Below are positions 1-8,285 of a stretch of 63,268 nucleotides of DNA, one piece after another. Every line of letters begins with the position of its first letter. Position 1 is the first letter of the stretch. The translations under genes and the position numbers were made by a program. The notes under the pieces were generated by a model. That model did not search any database. It saw nothing but the letters and a program-made list of their open reading frames with translations, and had not been told where the DNA came from. This DNA comes from an uncultured Gammaproteobacteria bacterium. GTDB lineage: Bacteria > Patescibacteriota > Patescibacteriia > Patescibacteriales > UBA12465. The DNA lies in the NCBI GenBank assembly GCA_964404515.1, contig CAYOKE010000001.1, forward strand, positions 1 to 63,268, written 5' to 3'.

Positions 1-3
1 TAT

Positions 4-55
4 AATTGGTTCAAATATAATAATTAATTCACCAACTATTTTTGGGTATTAAACC
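4..55. repeat. Left arm of a perfect 52-bp inverted repeat; its partner is the last 52 nt of the window
   Basis: nt 4-55 (aattggttcaaatataataattaattcaccaactatttttgggtattaaacc) is the exact reverse complement of nt 63217-63268. The match runs into the right window edge, so its true length is unknown. Confidence 0.95.
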
Positions 56-100
56 CCCGAAAAGGGTCGTTTTTGTTATTAAATGCCCGGGGCTAAATTC

Positions 101-2122
101 TTATTTAAACGGCAGCTCGCCTTGCCGACGCAGGGAGTCAATCTGATTTAGGTAATAAAGCGCGGACGAATTAGTTCTATCTAGCCCTAAGGCTTTTTGC
201 CAATACTTTTCTGCAGTCTCATAATCCCACAGGCTCCACTTGACTAGCCCCATCTGGTTATAAATTCCCGGGAGGACATATCCGGCCCCGAGAGCTTGAT
301 TGAAGTAGCTAAGGGAAAGCTGAAAATCAGCCTCGTTTCCCTTATTAGAATACAAAAAACCTAGGGCTGCTAATATCTGGCCATTACCTGGATGTTGGAA
401 AAGCAAATCGCGATAGACCTCCTCCGCCAAATCATCTTGGCCGGCTAACTCAGCCAAGTCCGCTAAGGAAAAACGGCTACGAAGGTCGGAATCAGCCGCC
501 AAAAGACGGAGGCGAGATCGGAAGGACCAATCGTCTAGCACTAGCTTTTGCCAGATTTCGGGCGCGACTTGCTTTTTGTCCAGCAAAATGACCGCCTGGC
601 GATCAAAGTAGACTAAGGCCCAATCCTGATCCTTTAATATTGAGGCTAGGAAGGCTCTGGCCCAGGGTGTCGAATCAGTATGAGCGAAATATATCACCTT
701 GAATCTGTAACGAGTCATCGCTTCTTTCCAAACTTTATAATCAGTTTGCATCGGCCGGTAGACAGAAGCAAAGAATTCCTGGCTATAGGCTTCCGGACGG
801 TTGTCGACAAAGACTTTCTCCTGCGGATAGAGCCAGAAGATCAAGGTGCTGCCGATATCATAATCATTGAAGATTGGGCCGCTCAGATTATTAGCTTTGA
901 AAAATCGTATCGAATCCTCGCTCCCGGCGGCCAAGCCCCAACCCAACCGGCTTTTTAAGAAATTATTGTCATGGGTCGCATCTTGTAATAAATAGGCGAT
1001 AGCGAGGATGGTCAAAGCCAGAATAAAGCCGGCCAACCAGAGGCTGGAACGGTGAGAAGATAATTTTTGGAAAAAGGCGGAGTTCTCTTTCAAATAAGCG
1101 ACCGGCGCTGCCAAATTAGCGCTAACTATCACCAAGGCGACAAGACCAAAGATAGCCAGGTTGCGGCTGGCGAAAAGAGCCAGGGCGGCGAAGAAAATGG
1201 AAACCAGGGCATCGAACCAGCGCTTTTCCCTACGGAAGACAAAATAAGCCGCCCAACTAAGGAGCAACAGGAAGAGGAGCCATTTGAAAATGGCAAAATT
1301 ATAATTAATCAGTAAGTGCTCGAGATAGAAGACTGTCTTGTTCTCCGCAATTTCATAGCCGTAATTACGAAAGATATTAAGGGGATATAGCACTCCTTTG
1401 ATGAAGTTCGGATTAGCCAGGCAGGCGACAAAGCAGGCGGCAAAAATTTTCAGCCAAGGCTTAGCGGCTCTAAAGCCAACTTTAAACCTATCCCCTAAGC
1501 GGCCAACGGCTACCCAGTAAGCATAAATAAATTCTGCTGCTGCCTGGAAGCCAAGGAGGGCCAGTCCAAAAAAGAAATAGATATGAATGTTCGCCCAGAG
1601 AATAAAGAGCGGGACAAGAAGCCAGAGACGGCGATAGTTCTTAAGCCGAGAAGTCTGGTCCAATAGGAACCAAGTTAAGAAGATAAATAGATAGCTAAAG
1701 ACTTCCGGCCGGATCTCGACGCGCTCGCTCAGAAGAAAAATCGTAGGAATTGCCAAGAGGGCCGTCAAATAGAAACCGGCCCTCTTCTGAGCCAGACGGA
1801 AGACTAGGCCGAAAGCGCCCAAGATAAGGAGAATATTAAAAACTGACAACCACTTGAAACCGCCCAGCGAATATACTAGGTAGAAGATGACGCCGGACAG
1901 CCAATGGTGATTAACGAAAGGAGCGTCCGGTTCAGTATAGGAATAAAAATTATGATATAAAAGGGACGGATCCTGCCAGACTAAGCGGCCATTAGCCAGA
2001 TGGCGCCCTAGATCAATTGACGTGAATTTTATCTTCTGGGAAAAGATAATAACTATCAAGGCCAAGAGCCCGATGAGAATCATCGTTTGGAAAACTTGTT
2101 CCCGCCGAAAAGCCTTGCACAT
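101..2122 (-). CDS. Polytopic membrane protein with C-terminal TPR repeats (possible glycosyl/oligosaccharyl-transferase-like envelope enzyme)
   Basis: 673-aa ORF. The first ~400 aa are a run of hydrophobic helices. The C-terminal ~130 aa show TPR-like repeats (AEEVYRDLLFQHPGNGQILAALGFLY, ETAEKYWQKALGLD). No catalytic motif recognised. Confidence 0.6.
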   Translation of the reverse strand: MCKAFRREQVFQTMILIGLLALIVIIFSQKIKFTSIDLGRHLANGRLVWQDPSLLYHNFYSYTEPDAPFVNHHWLSGVIFYLVYSLGGFKWLSVFNILLILGAFGLVFRLAQKRAGFYLTALLAIPTIFLLSERVEIRPEVFSYLFIFLTWFLLDQTSRLKNYRRLWLLVPLFILWANIHIYFFFGLALLGFQAAAEFIYAYWVAVGRLGDRFKVGFRAAKPWLKIFAACFVACLANPNFIKGVLYPLNIFRNYGYEIAENKTVFYLEHLLINYNFAIFKWLLFLLLLSWAAYFVFRREKRWFDALVSIFFAALALFASRNLAIFGLVALVIVSANLAAPVAYLKENSAFFQKLSSHRSSLWLAGFILALTILAIAYLLQDATHDNNFLKSRLGWGLAAGSEDSIRFFKANNLSGPIFNDYDIGSTLIFWLYPQEKVFVDNRPEAYSQEFFASVYRPMQTDYKVWKEAMTRYRFKVIYFAHTDSTPWARAFLASILKDQDWALVYFDRQAVILLDKKQVAPEIWQKLVLDDWSFRSRLRLLAADSDLRSRFSLADLAELAGQDDLAEEVYRDLLFQHPGNGQILAALGFLYSNKGNEADFQLSLSYFNQALGAGYVLPGIYNQMGLVKWSLWDYETAEKYWQKALGLDRTNSSALYYLNQIDSLRRQGELPFK

Positions 2123-2347
2123 ATTGGAATGTTATTAATATATTGTAAGCTGGAGTCAAAAAAAGTCAATGATTTGGCTATATTGACAGGAACAAAATCC
2201 ATTTATAGAGTGGCGGTATAAAAACCGATAATTTGATGCTATAGGGGGGATTTCAAAGCGATTGCCGGGACTTTCGGCGACATCCAAAAAAATGTAATAG
2301 CCGCTAAAAGCTAGGCAGCCGCCAAATAAATAAAAGGAGTCTTATTA

Positions 2348-2869
2348 TCAAGCCCCTTTTTGCTTATCATAGGCTTCTCTGCTCTTGCTTAATTCCGCCT
2401 GCGCCCCTACAGCATCATGCAGTCCTTTTACATCTATAATCTTCTTTTTCTGTCGACCCAATTCCTGGAAAAAATCCTGGAAAAGAGGAACAAGATCTTC
2501 TGGCCAATCCCGCCAGGAGGCTAGCTTCTCGGCCGCCGAGTCAGCGAGAGGGACGGCTAAAATCTTATTGTCTTCTTCGCCGCGATCTATGGTCTCGATG
2601 TAGCCGATCGCCCGGCAAAGGACGACCGTCCCATTGGCAATCGGCTGGCTAGTCAGGATGAAAGCGTCTAGATGATCGCCATCGCCGCCTCGTGTTTCTG
2701 GGATATAGCCATAATTGAAGATGAAGCTGAAACCGCCCTGAAAGACGAAATCCAACTTTATATTGTCCAGGTCTTCATCATATTCATACTTGACCTGGCT
2801 GCCTTGGCTGATCTCGACGACGACATTGAACTTGTCGAGCATGCCGAAAGGGACGTTTTTGAAACTCAT
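2348..2869 (-). CDS. ppa: Family I inorganic pyrophosphatase
   Basis: 173 aa of typical size. Motifs VVVEISQGSQVKYEYD and YGYIPETRGGDGDHLDAFIL match the soluble PPase acidic active-site pattern. Confidence 0.85.
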   Translation of the reverse strand: MSFKNVPFGMLDKFNVVVEISQGSQVKYEYDEDLDNIKLDFVFQGGFSFIFNYGYIPETRGGDGDHLDAFILTSQPIANGTVVLCRAIGYIETIDRGEEDNKILAVPLADSAAEKLASWRDWPEDLVPLFQDFFQELGRQKKKIIDVKGLHDAVGAQAELSKSREAYDKQKGA

Positions 2870-2873
2870 ATTT

Positions 2874-3389
2874 TTATTCTAAAACTTTAGCATACAGCCA
2901 GGCGTCCCATATCTTGCCGGTTCGATCCTTTATTGCCTTGCGCATCCGTCCTTCTTTCCGATAGCCGCTTTTTATCGCTACCCGTTCGCTCGCCTTATTC
3001 TCTGGACGCATCAAAATTTCTAGGCGACTGAGTTTCAATCTTTTAAAAGCCTCCCCCTCCACTAACCTGACAGCTTTGGTCGTTATTCCCCTGCCCCAAT
3101 ACTTTTCATCTAAAAAATAGCCGATTTCACCTATATACGAACGATGCTGGCTTATCTTTATCCCGATGGCGCCAACCAGCTGGCCACCGTATATAATCGC
3201 ATAGTTCCACTCCTTATTTTCCCGCCGTTTCTGCGGATTCCTCCGGAGCCATTCCCGTTCTCCGGCGACCGATTTCACATTCGTGCCTAAATACAAGAAA
3301 TTCGGGTTCGTCAGAATTTCAAAAAACCTTTTAGCATCGGAAATTTTCTGAAATCTTATCTCTACTTTAGGCATATTGTTAGATTCCAA
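2874..3389 (-). CDS. GNAT family N-acetyltransferase (RimJ/RimL-like)
   Basis: 171 aa. GAIGIK...GEIGYFLDEKYWGRGITTKAV matches the acetyl-CoA binding motif A (Q/RxxGxG/A) region of GNATs. Confidence 0.75.
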   Translation of the reverse strand: MESNNMPKVEIRFQKISDAKRFFEILTNPNFLYLGTNVKSVAGEREWLRRNPQKRRENKEWNYAIIYGGQLVGAIGIKISQHRSYIGEIGYFLDEKYWGRGITTKAVRLVEGEAFKRLKLSRLEILMRPENKASERVAIKSGYRKEGRMRKAIKDRTGKIWDAWLYAKVLE

Positions 3390-3720
3390 CGTTCCTCACA
3401 TGTACTTCATTTTCCGCCGCCCAAGCCGGCGCGGTTACGAGAAGGAGCTTCATCTGGCCCAGATAATAGATTTTGGTGTTAGGCGGGATAACGATAACGT
3501 CAGTCGCTTTAACCGGCGTCTCGACTCCATCCAAGAAAAACGCTCCCTCGCCTTCAAGGATGTAGTAGATAAATGTGCTAACCTTATTATAGAATTCTTC
3601 ACTATGCCCCTTAGCAACCTCGATATAGGCCAAACCGGCTTTTTCTGTGCCGGTCTTATAGGCCCAAAGATCGATACCGACCTTCGATTTGGTTTCAGCT
3701 TCTTGCTTGGTAATTTTCAT
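3379..3720 (-). CDS. Cupin-fold small protein
   Basis: 113 aa with a beta-rich pattern (YYILEGEGAFFLDGVETPVKATDVIVIPPNT) typical of cupin_2 proteins. Overlaps the GNAT gene by 11 nt. Confidence 0.55.
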   Translation of the reverse strand: MKITKQEAETKSKVGIDLWAYKTGTEKAGLAYIEVAKGHSEEFYNKVSTFIYYILEGEGAFFLDGVETPVKATDVIVIPPNTKIYYLGQMKLLLVTAPAWAAENEVHVRNVGI

Positions 3721-3944
3721 ATTTATCCTAGTTATTCAATAATTATACCAAAAAATCGCCAAAAAAGCGATTTCTATTATGTCCCAGTCCGCTTCCGCGT
3801 CGAGCCTGAAAATTTGCTAAAATTTTAAAGGAAATTCTATCCAAAATTTAGTTTATTACCTTTTAATAGCTCAAAACCTTTTAAGATAGCCAGATACTCT
3901 GGGTCGCTACCGAGCTTATGGCCGGCGTATTCTTCGGTTATAAT

Positions 3945-4381
3945 TTATGATTTCCTATCAAGAACGTCATCTAAGCTCAACCACTCTCAAGAAGAGTGGT
4001 CCTCAGGATTGATCCTAATCTTATCAAATGATCCTATGAACTTGGCGAAATAAACCACCTCGACGGTATGCGATTCTTTCACGCGGTTTTCATAGGTGAA
4101 AGCGCTAAAATGATCTCCAATGTTATCCCCATGGCGAATTCCTCCTGGACTTCTCGAGCAAGGCCAGTAATCAATTCCTCACCGAAGTCGATATGCCCTC
4201 CGGGCATTTCGAGTTTGCCAGGTAGAAACTTCTTGGTAGTTGCCTGCTTAGCCAAGAAAAATTTATTGAGGCCATCAAAATCGTGGTGGATAAAAGCGCA
4301 AGCACTCATTACTTGCTGCCCGGACGCGAGAGTTTCGCTATCATGTACTACTTTCCCCATAAATTTACAGCTGGGTGTCAT
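3945..4381 (-). pseudogene. Disrupted Nudix hydrolase gene (one frameshift plus one in-frame TGA)
   Basis: ORF 4079-4381 carries a Nudix box (GGHIDFGEELITGLAREVQEEFAMGI) and then stops. The homologous continuation GDHFSAFTYENRVKESHTVEVVYFAKFIGSFDKIRINPEDHSS reads in another frame from about nt 4118. It is interrupted by TGA at 3987-3989 and then continues in frame as EWLSLDDVLDRKS to TAA at 3945-3947. Confidence 0.7.
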
Positions 4382-4427
4382 GGACGTTACCCGAACTGAA
4401 GCGTTATAAACTTTTATAAGGATAAGC

Positions 4428-5369
4428 CTATTCGATCATCGTGAAAAATAAATCGCCGTTCGAAAATTGCAGCTTCACCTCAGCTAATAAATCTGAGCCC
4501 CCATCCTTGCCGTAAAGCACGACTTCAGCTCTAGTTTCCCCGTCTTTTTCGATCTGACCATTGGGTCGCATTTCTAATAATTGGCCTTTACCAATCGTTT
4601 TATCAAGCCCCAGTGATTCTTTGGCAACATCCACGACCCTTTCTTCGTGAGTTATTAACACAATCCGTAATTTTTTACCTTTAAGTTGTCGCCGTGTTTC
4701 GGGCTGAAGATAATAATTAATATTTATCAGGTGCCTTAAATAAGTTTTAAAATCTGAAGCGACATCTTGATGGCTGGCAGAGAAAATATCCAACAACTCC
4801 TTGCCTAATGAAGCGGCGACCAAGGCATGAACTTCAGCCGGCATTTTAGCGACGACCTCTGGATGTTCTTCGATATATTTTTTGTGGGCTTCAATCCAGG
4901 TTTTACCAAAGCCCTCTGATTTCAATGTCTCATCCATCGGTATTTGCCCGAGACCTTGTGAGGAAGTTTTTATTTCTTCCCCGAATTCATTTTGAGAATT
5001 AGAATTAAGTATTTTAATTCCATGTTCAGTAAATATTTTTTCACATATTAATGCTGAAGACAGGGCTCTGTATTGAGGGCTGGAGATAAAAAGAACCACT
5101 TCTTCATCCTTATTAATCTTTGACGCGAGTTGCTCCGCAGTTTTCCGGATTGATTCTATTCCTTGGGGACTCAAATCTAGATGTTCAACGTCAAGAGCAA
5201 ATCCTGGGGCTTCAGGATTAAATACAAAAGCAGAATCTTTTAATTCTTTATAATCCGTTTCTCCGTGACGGATTATATCTATCGTTGGCACTTCAGAATA
5301 AAACTCTGTTTCTCTTTTCTCGGGACCTTGAGGGGTATTAATATTTTCTGAAAATTTCATAAATTTCAT
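4428..5369 (-). CDS. Histidine phosphatase superfamily protein (phosphoglycerate-mutase-like)
   Basis: 313 aa. RHG motif (IDIIRHGETDY) near the N-terminus and a second His motif (VLITHEERV) near the C-terminus. Visibly more AT-rich than flanking genes. Confidence 0.65.
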   Translation of the reverse strand: MKFMKFSENINTPQGPEKRETEFYSEVPTIDIIRHGETDYKELKDSAFVFNPEAPGFALDVEHLDLSPQGIESIRKTAEQLASKINKDEEVVLFISSPQYRALSSALICEKIFTEHGIKILNSNSQNEFGEEIKTSSQGLGQIPMDETLKSEGFGKTWIEAHKKYIEEHPEVVAKMPAEVHALVAASLGKELLDIFSASHQDVASDFKTYLRHLININYYLQPETRRQLKGKKLRIVLITHEERVVDVAKESLGLDKTIGKGQLLEMRPNGQIEKDGETRAEVVLYGKDGGSDLLAEVKLQFSNGDLFFTMIE

Positions 5370-6333
5370 TTTCCTGATTTAATATATTTCTATATAATCT
5401 GATAAAAAAGTATGACCATTTCTCCGCAAACCGTAATCTCGGAAGACAGATAAAGGCATATTTAAAAGCCCCCTTCAAACAATATAATTTAATGCTTTCA
5501 AATAAATAATCTTCTTCTCTGATAGTGAGATTTTTTTTACTATTATACGATTTAAGAAAGACTCGTGCCTTCTGGATATCTAGTCTTTCCCGCTTACTGA
5601 CGCATAGCCACATTAAGGCATTAGCGATATCGGTGATAAATGAATCAATATAAAAATTATCAAAGTCAATAAAATTTACCCTCCTCTTTCTATTAATAAT
5701 GATATTTTCTGGTTTTATATCAACGTGTATAGCGCCCCCTGGTAAATTATTTATTTGGCGCAAGCAGTCCAACTCAAATTTAAGATAAGCGATGAAAGCT
5801 GTGCCATTTTTAAATTTACTACGTGAAATTACCCTCCCCTTCCGTTTGACATAGGATTTTATCACTTCTAAACCTTCTCCTTCTCGCGGGTATTGAGGCT
5901 GATAGTTTTTTGTTAAAATATGCAATTGAGCCAATAGGTTCGCGACTTGCTCTAAAACATGGTTACTGATTTGAAGCAGCGGCTTGCCTTCAATGTACTT
6001 GAAGCAGCAAATGTACTTTCCCTCTATCCGCAGTATCCCGCCGATGGGCTCGGGACAAGGAAACTTATTACTCGTTAAATAGCGAAGGAGCTGTAATTCG
6101 CTGATAATTTCATGTTTAGTTTTAAATTTATAAACTCTGAGAATATACTTCCCTTGATCCGATAACAGAATATAATTTGAATTAATATTCCCTCCCCGAA
6201 TCAAAGAATACGAAGTAATTTTACCTAGTTTAAAATAGGCAGCCGCCGCTAGGAGGGTACTCCTTTTTATTTTATCTTTTTTTCCAACAGGCATCATACT
6301 TATCTTGACTCTTTTGTGCAAATGTAACGTCAA
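5338..6333 (-). CDS. Aminoglycoside/choline-kinase-like phosphotransferase (APH family fold)
   Basis: 331 aa. Brenner-type catalytic loop HVDIKPENIII followed by the metal-binding motif FIDFDNF. Strongly AT-rich codon usage. Confidence 0.7.
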   Translation of the reverse strand: MTLHLHKRVKISMMPVGKKDKIKRSTLLAAAAYFKLGKITSYSLIRGGNINSNYILLSDQGKYILRVYKFKTKHEIISELQLLRYLTSNKFPCPEPIGGILRIEGKYICCFKYIEGKPLLQISNHVLEQVANLLAQLHILTKNYQPQYPREGEGLEVIKSYVKRKGRVISRSKFKNGTAFIAYLKFELDCLRQINNLPGGAIHVDIKPENIIINRKRRVNFIDFDNFYIDSFITDIANALMWLCVSKRERLDIQKARVFLKSYNSKKNLTIREEDYLFESIKLYCLKGAFKYAFICLPRLRFAEKWSYFFIRLYRNILNQENEIYEIFRKY

Positions 6334-6502
6334 AATGATCTATATATTATGATATCCCAGTTCCTCGTTTTTTTCAACAAGTCACAACAGGCAGCGCGTT
6401 TGCGATAAATTCTGATATCCGTCGCACTCCTCGCTACGCCTCGGCTTGCTATCCGAAGGCTTTGCTCGCTTCTGACCTGTCCGAATCCAGCAGCCTCAAT
6501 AT

Positions 6503-6541
6503 AAACAAAAAGAATGAAGCAATGCTTCATTCTTTTTGTTT
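6503..6541 (-). terminator. Near-perfect 39-nt palindrome, likely a rho-independent terminator 2 nt downstream of tRNA-Gln
   Basis: aaacaaaaagaatgaagcaatgcttcattctttttgttt gives an 18-19 bp stem and a T-rich tail on either strand. Confidence 0.7.
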
Positions 6542-6543
6542 AG

Positions 6544-6614
6544 CTGCGGGGCCTGGATTCGGACCAGGATAAACGGCTCCAAAGGCCGCTGTCCTACCAT
6601 TAGACGACCCCGCA
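6544..6614 (-). tRNA. tRNA-Gln (anticodon UUG)
   Basis: Manual cloverleaf of 71 nt: acceptor UGCGGGG/CCCCGCA (U1-A72 as in bacterial tRNA-Gln), D arm GUCU-AAUGGUA-GGAC, anticodon arm GCGGC-CUUUGGA-GCCGU, T arm CCUGG-UCCGAAU-CCAGG, discriminator G, no encoded CCA. Confidence 0.85.
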
Positions 6615-6688
6615 ATTAAGGTTGATATAAAATATCCTCCTGAGAGGATATTATTGGAAAATAGCTCAAAAGTCAATTTTCTCCAGCC

Positions 6689-7597
6689 TCAAATCCGGGC
6701 ATATTTTCGGACGGCAAAAAGGCTGGCCGCGACAGTAATGAGAAGCACGGCTAGGAACTGGCTGCCGAAAATCAGTAAAAAATTGTCGACGAAATAAGAA
6801 AGTATATTGACGTTGTAACCAGTAAAGAAAGCTTCCAGGTAGGGTTGGAGCAAGGTCAGGAAGGGGTAAAAGATCGAAATCATGAGCAATGTGCTCAGAA
6901 GAGCGTAGACGAAGGCCGAAACGATATAAGGCATGTAGATGAAAAAATTGGAGGCGCCGACCAGACGCATGATTTCTATCTCCTGGCGGTGGGTATAGAT
7001 GGCGACCCGAATGGCGTTATAGACGACCAGCAAGCTCGTCAGGATGAAGATGGAAATGATAAACAACCCTACTTCATTGACCCGCTTCGTCACGTTATTA
7101 ATCTTGGACAGAATGACCGTATTGTCAGAAAAGTCCCGCGATTCAATAATCGGGCTATTCAAAGCTCTTAATTCGGCGATCAAGAGACCAGAATTATCGA
7201 AATCCTTCGGAATGATCGTCAAGCTGGGGAGTAAAGGATTGCGACCCAATTCTTTCAAGGCGGAGAGGACGGCTTGGTTGTTTTGGTATCTTTCCCGGAA
7301 ATCATCTAGAGCCGCTTGCTTGGAAATAAAATTTACTACCTTCACCCTTTCGGATGCTGCTAGTTGGTCTTTTAAAGCAATGATATCGGTCTCCAACGCC
7401 TCCGACTTAATGAATAAGCTGATATCAATCTTACTCTTAACCGCTTCTACGGCGCTGGCGCTTATCAGCCGGACAGTGATAAGCATGTTGATGGAAAAAA
7501 GCGCCAAAAGGAGAATAGTCAGGGTGACGATAGTCAGCCAGACGTTGCGAGCGATATCCTGGAAACTAAATTTGATGATGCGATATAGAGAAAGCAT
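6689..7597 (-). CDS. ftsX: Cell-division ABC transporter permease-like protein FtsX
   Basis: 302 aa. TM1, a large extracytoplasmic loop, then three C-terminal TM helices. Immediately downstream of ftsE. Confidence 0.85.
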   Translation of the reverse strand: MLSLYRIIKFSFQDIARNVWLTIVTLTILLLALFSINMLITVRLISASAVEAVKSKIDISLFIKSEALETDIIALKDQLAASERVKVVNFISKQAALDDFRERYQNNQAVLSALKELGRNPLLPSLTIIPKDFDNSGLLIAELRALNSPIIESRDFSDNTVILSKINNVTKRVNEVGLFIISIFILTSLLVVYNAIRVAIYTHRQEIEIMRLVGASNFFIYMPYIVSAFVYALLSTLLMISIFYPFLTLLQPYLEAFFTGYNVNILSYFVDNFLLIFGSQFLAVLLITVAASLFAVRKYARI

Positions 7598-7601
7598 AGG
7601 T

Positions 7602-8285
7602 CTATAATAAATACTTACCCCGCGCCTGGTCGCTGATGACCTGGCCGCCCTCGATGGTAATGACCCTCTTATTTAGACGGTTGACGATTTCCTTATTATG
7701 CGTCACTAGAATGACGGTCGTGCCGAACTTGTTTATCCGGAGCAGGAGATCAATGATCTCGTTGGCATTTATCGCGTCCAGATTCCCAGTCGGTTCGTCT
7801 GCCAAGAGGACCTTAGGTTGATGAACCAGGGCGCGAGCAATTGCCGTCCGCTGCTGTTCGCCACCCGAAACCTCACTGGGATAACGGCGGCGCTTGTCTT
7901 CCAGGCCGACGATTTTAAGGACGCTAGGTACGATCTTTTTGATTTTAACCGGCGTGCCACCTGAGACTTCCAAAGCAAAAGAAACATTCTCTTCCAAGCT
8001 CTTCTTCGGCAAAAGCTTGAAATCCTGGAAAATAACACCGATCTGCCGTCGCAGATATGGAACTTCGTGCTTGGAAATCTTGGTAATATCCCATTCGCCG
8101 ACCACGACTTGGCCGGAACTGGCCCTCTCTTCCCCCGTTAATATCTTTACTAAAGTCGTCTTGCCAGCGCCAGACTGACCGACGATGGAAATGAATTCCC
8201 CGGCTTCAATCTCCAGGTCGACATCTTTTAGGACCCTAGTTTTGCCGTAATTTTTGGAAACATTATGAAGCTTGATCATAATCAT
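7602..8285 (-). CDS. ftsE: Cell-division ATP-binding protein FtsE
   Basis: 227 aa. Walker A GQSGAGKTT, ABC signature VSGGEQQR, Walker B VLLADEPT. Paired with ftsX. Confidence 0.9.
   Translation of the reverse strand: MIMIKLHNVSKNYGKTRVLKDVDLEIEAGEFISIVGQSGAGKTTLVKILTGEERASSGQVVVGEWDITKISKHEVPYLRRQIGVIFQDFKLLPKKSLEENVSFALEVSGGTPVKIKKIVPSVLKIVGLEDKRRRYPSEVSGGEQQRTAIARALVHQPKVLLADEPTGNLDAINANEIIDLLLRINKFGTTVILVTHNKEIVNRLNKRVITIEGGQVISDQARGKYLL

Noticed and set aside
3987-3989. The in-frame TGA in the Nudix gene as evidence for UGA recoding (genetic code 4 or 25)
   Set aside because: ORFs up to 2186 aa are intact under the standard code, and genes such as rel terminate at TGA. A pseudogene lesion is the simpler reading.
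6420-6500. A second, plus-strand tRNA gene
   Set aside because: Only the T-arm 12-mer and weak anticodon-arm similarity are present. No acceptor stem or D-arm can be folded, so at best it is a remnant.
6330-6530. 66-aa minus-strand ORF between the kinase gene and tRNA-Gln
   Set aside because: It starts inside the terminator palindrome and runs through the tRNA-like inverted repeat. It has no recognisable protein features and is likely non-coding.
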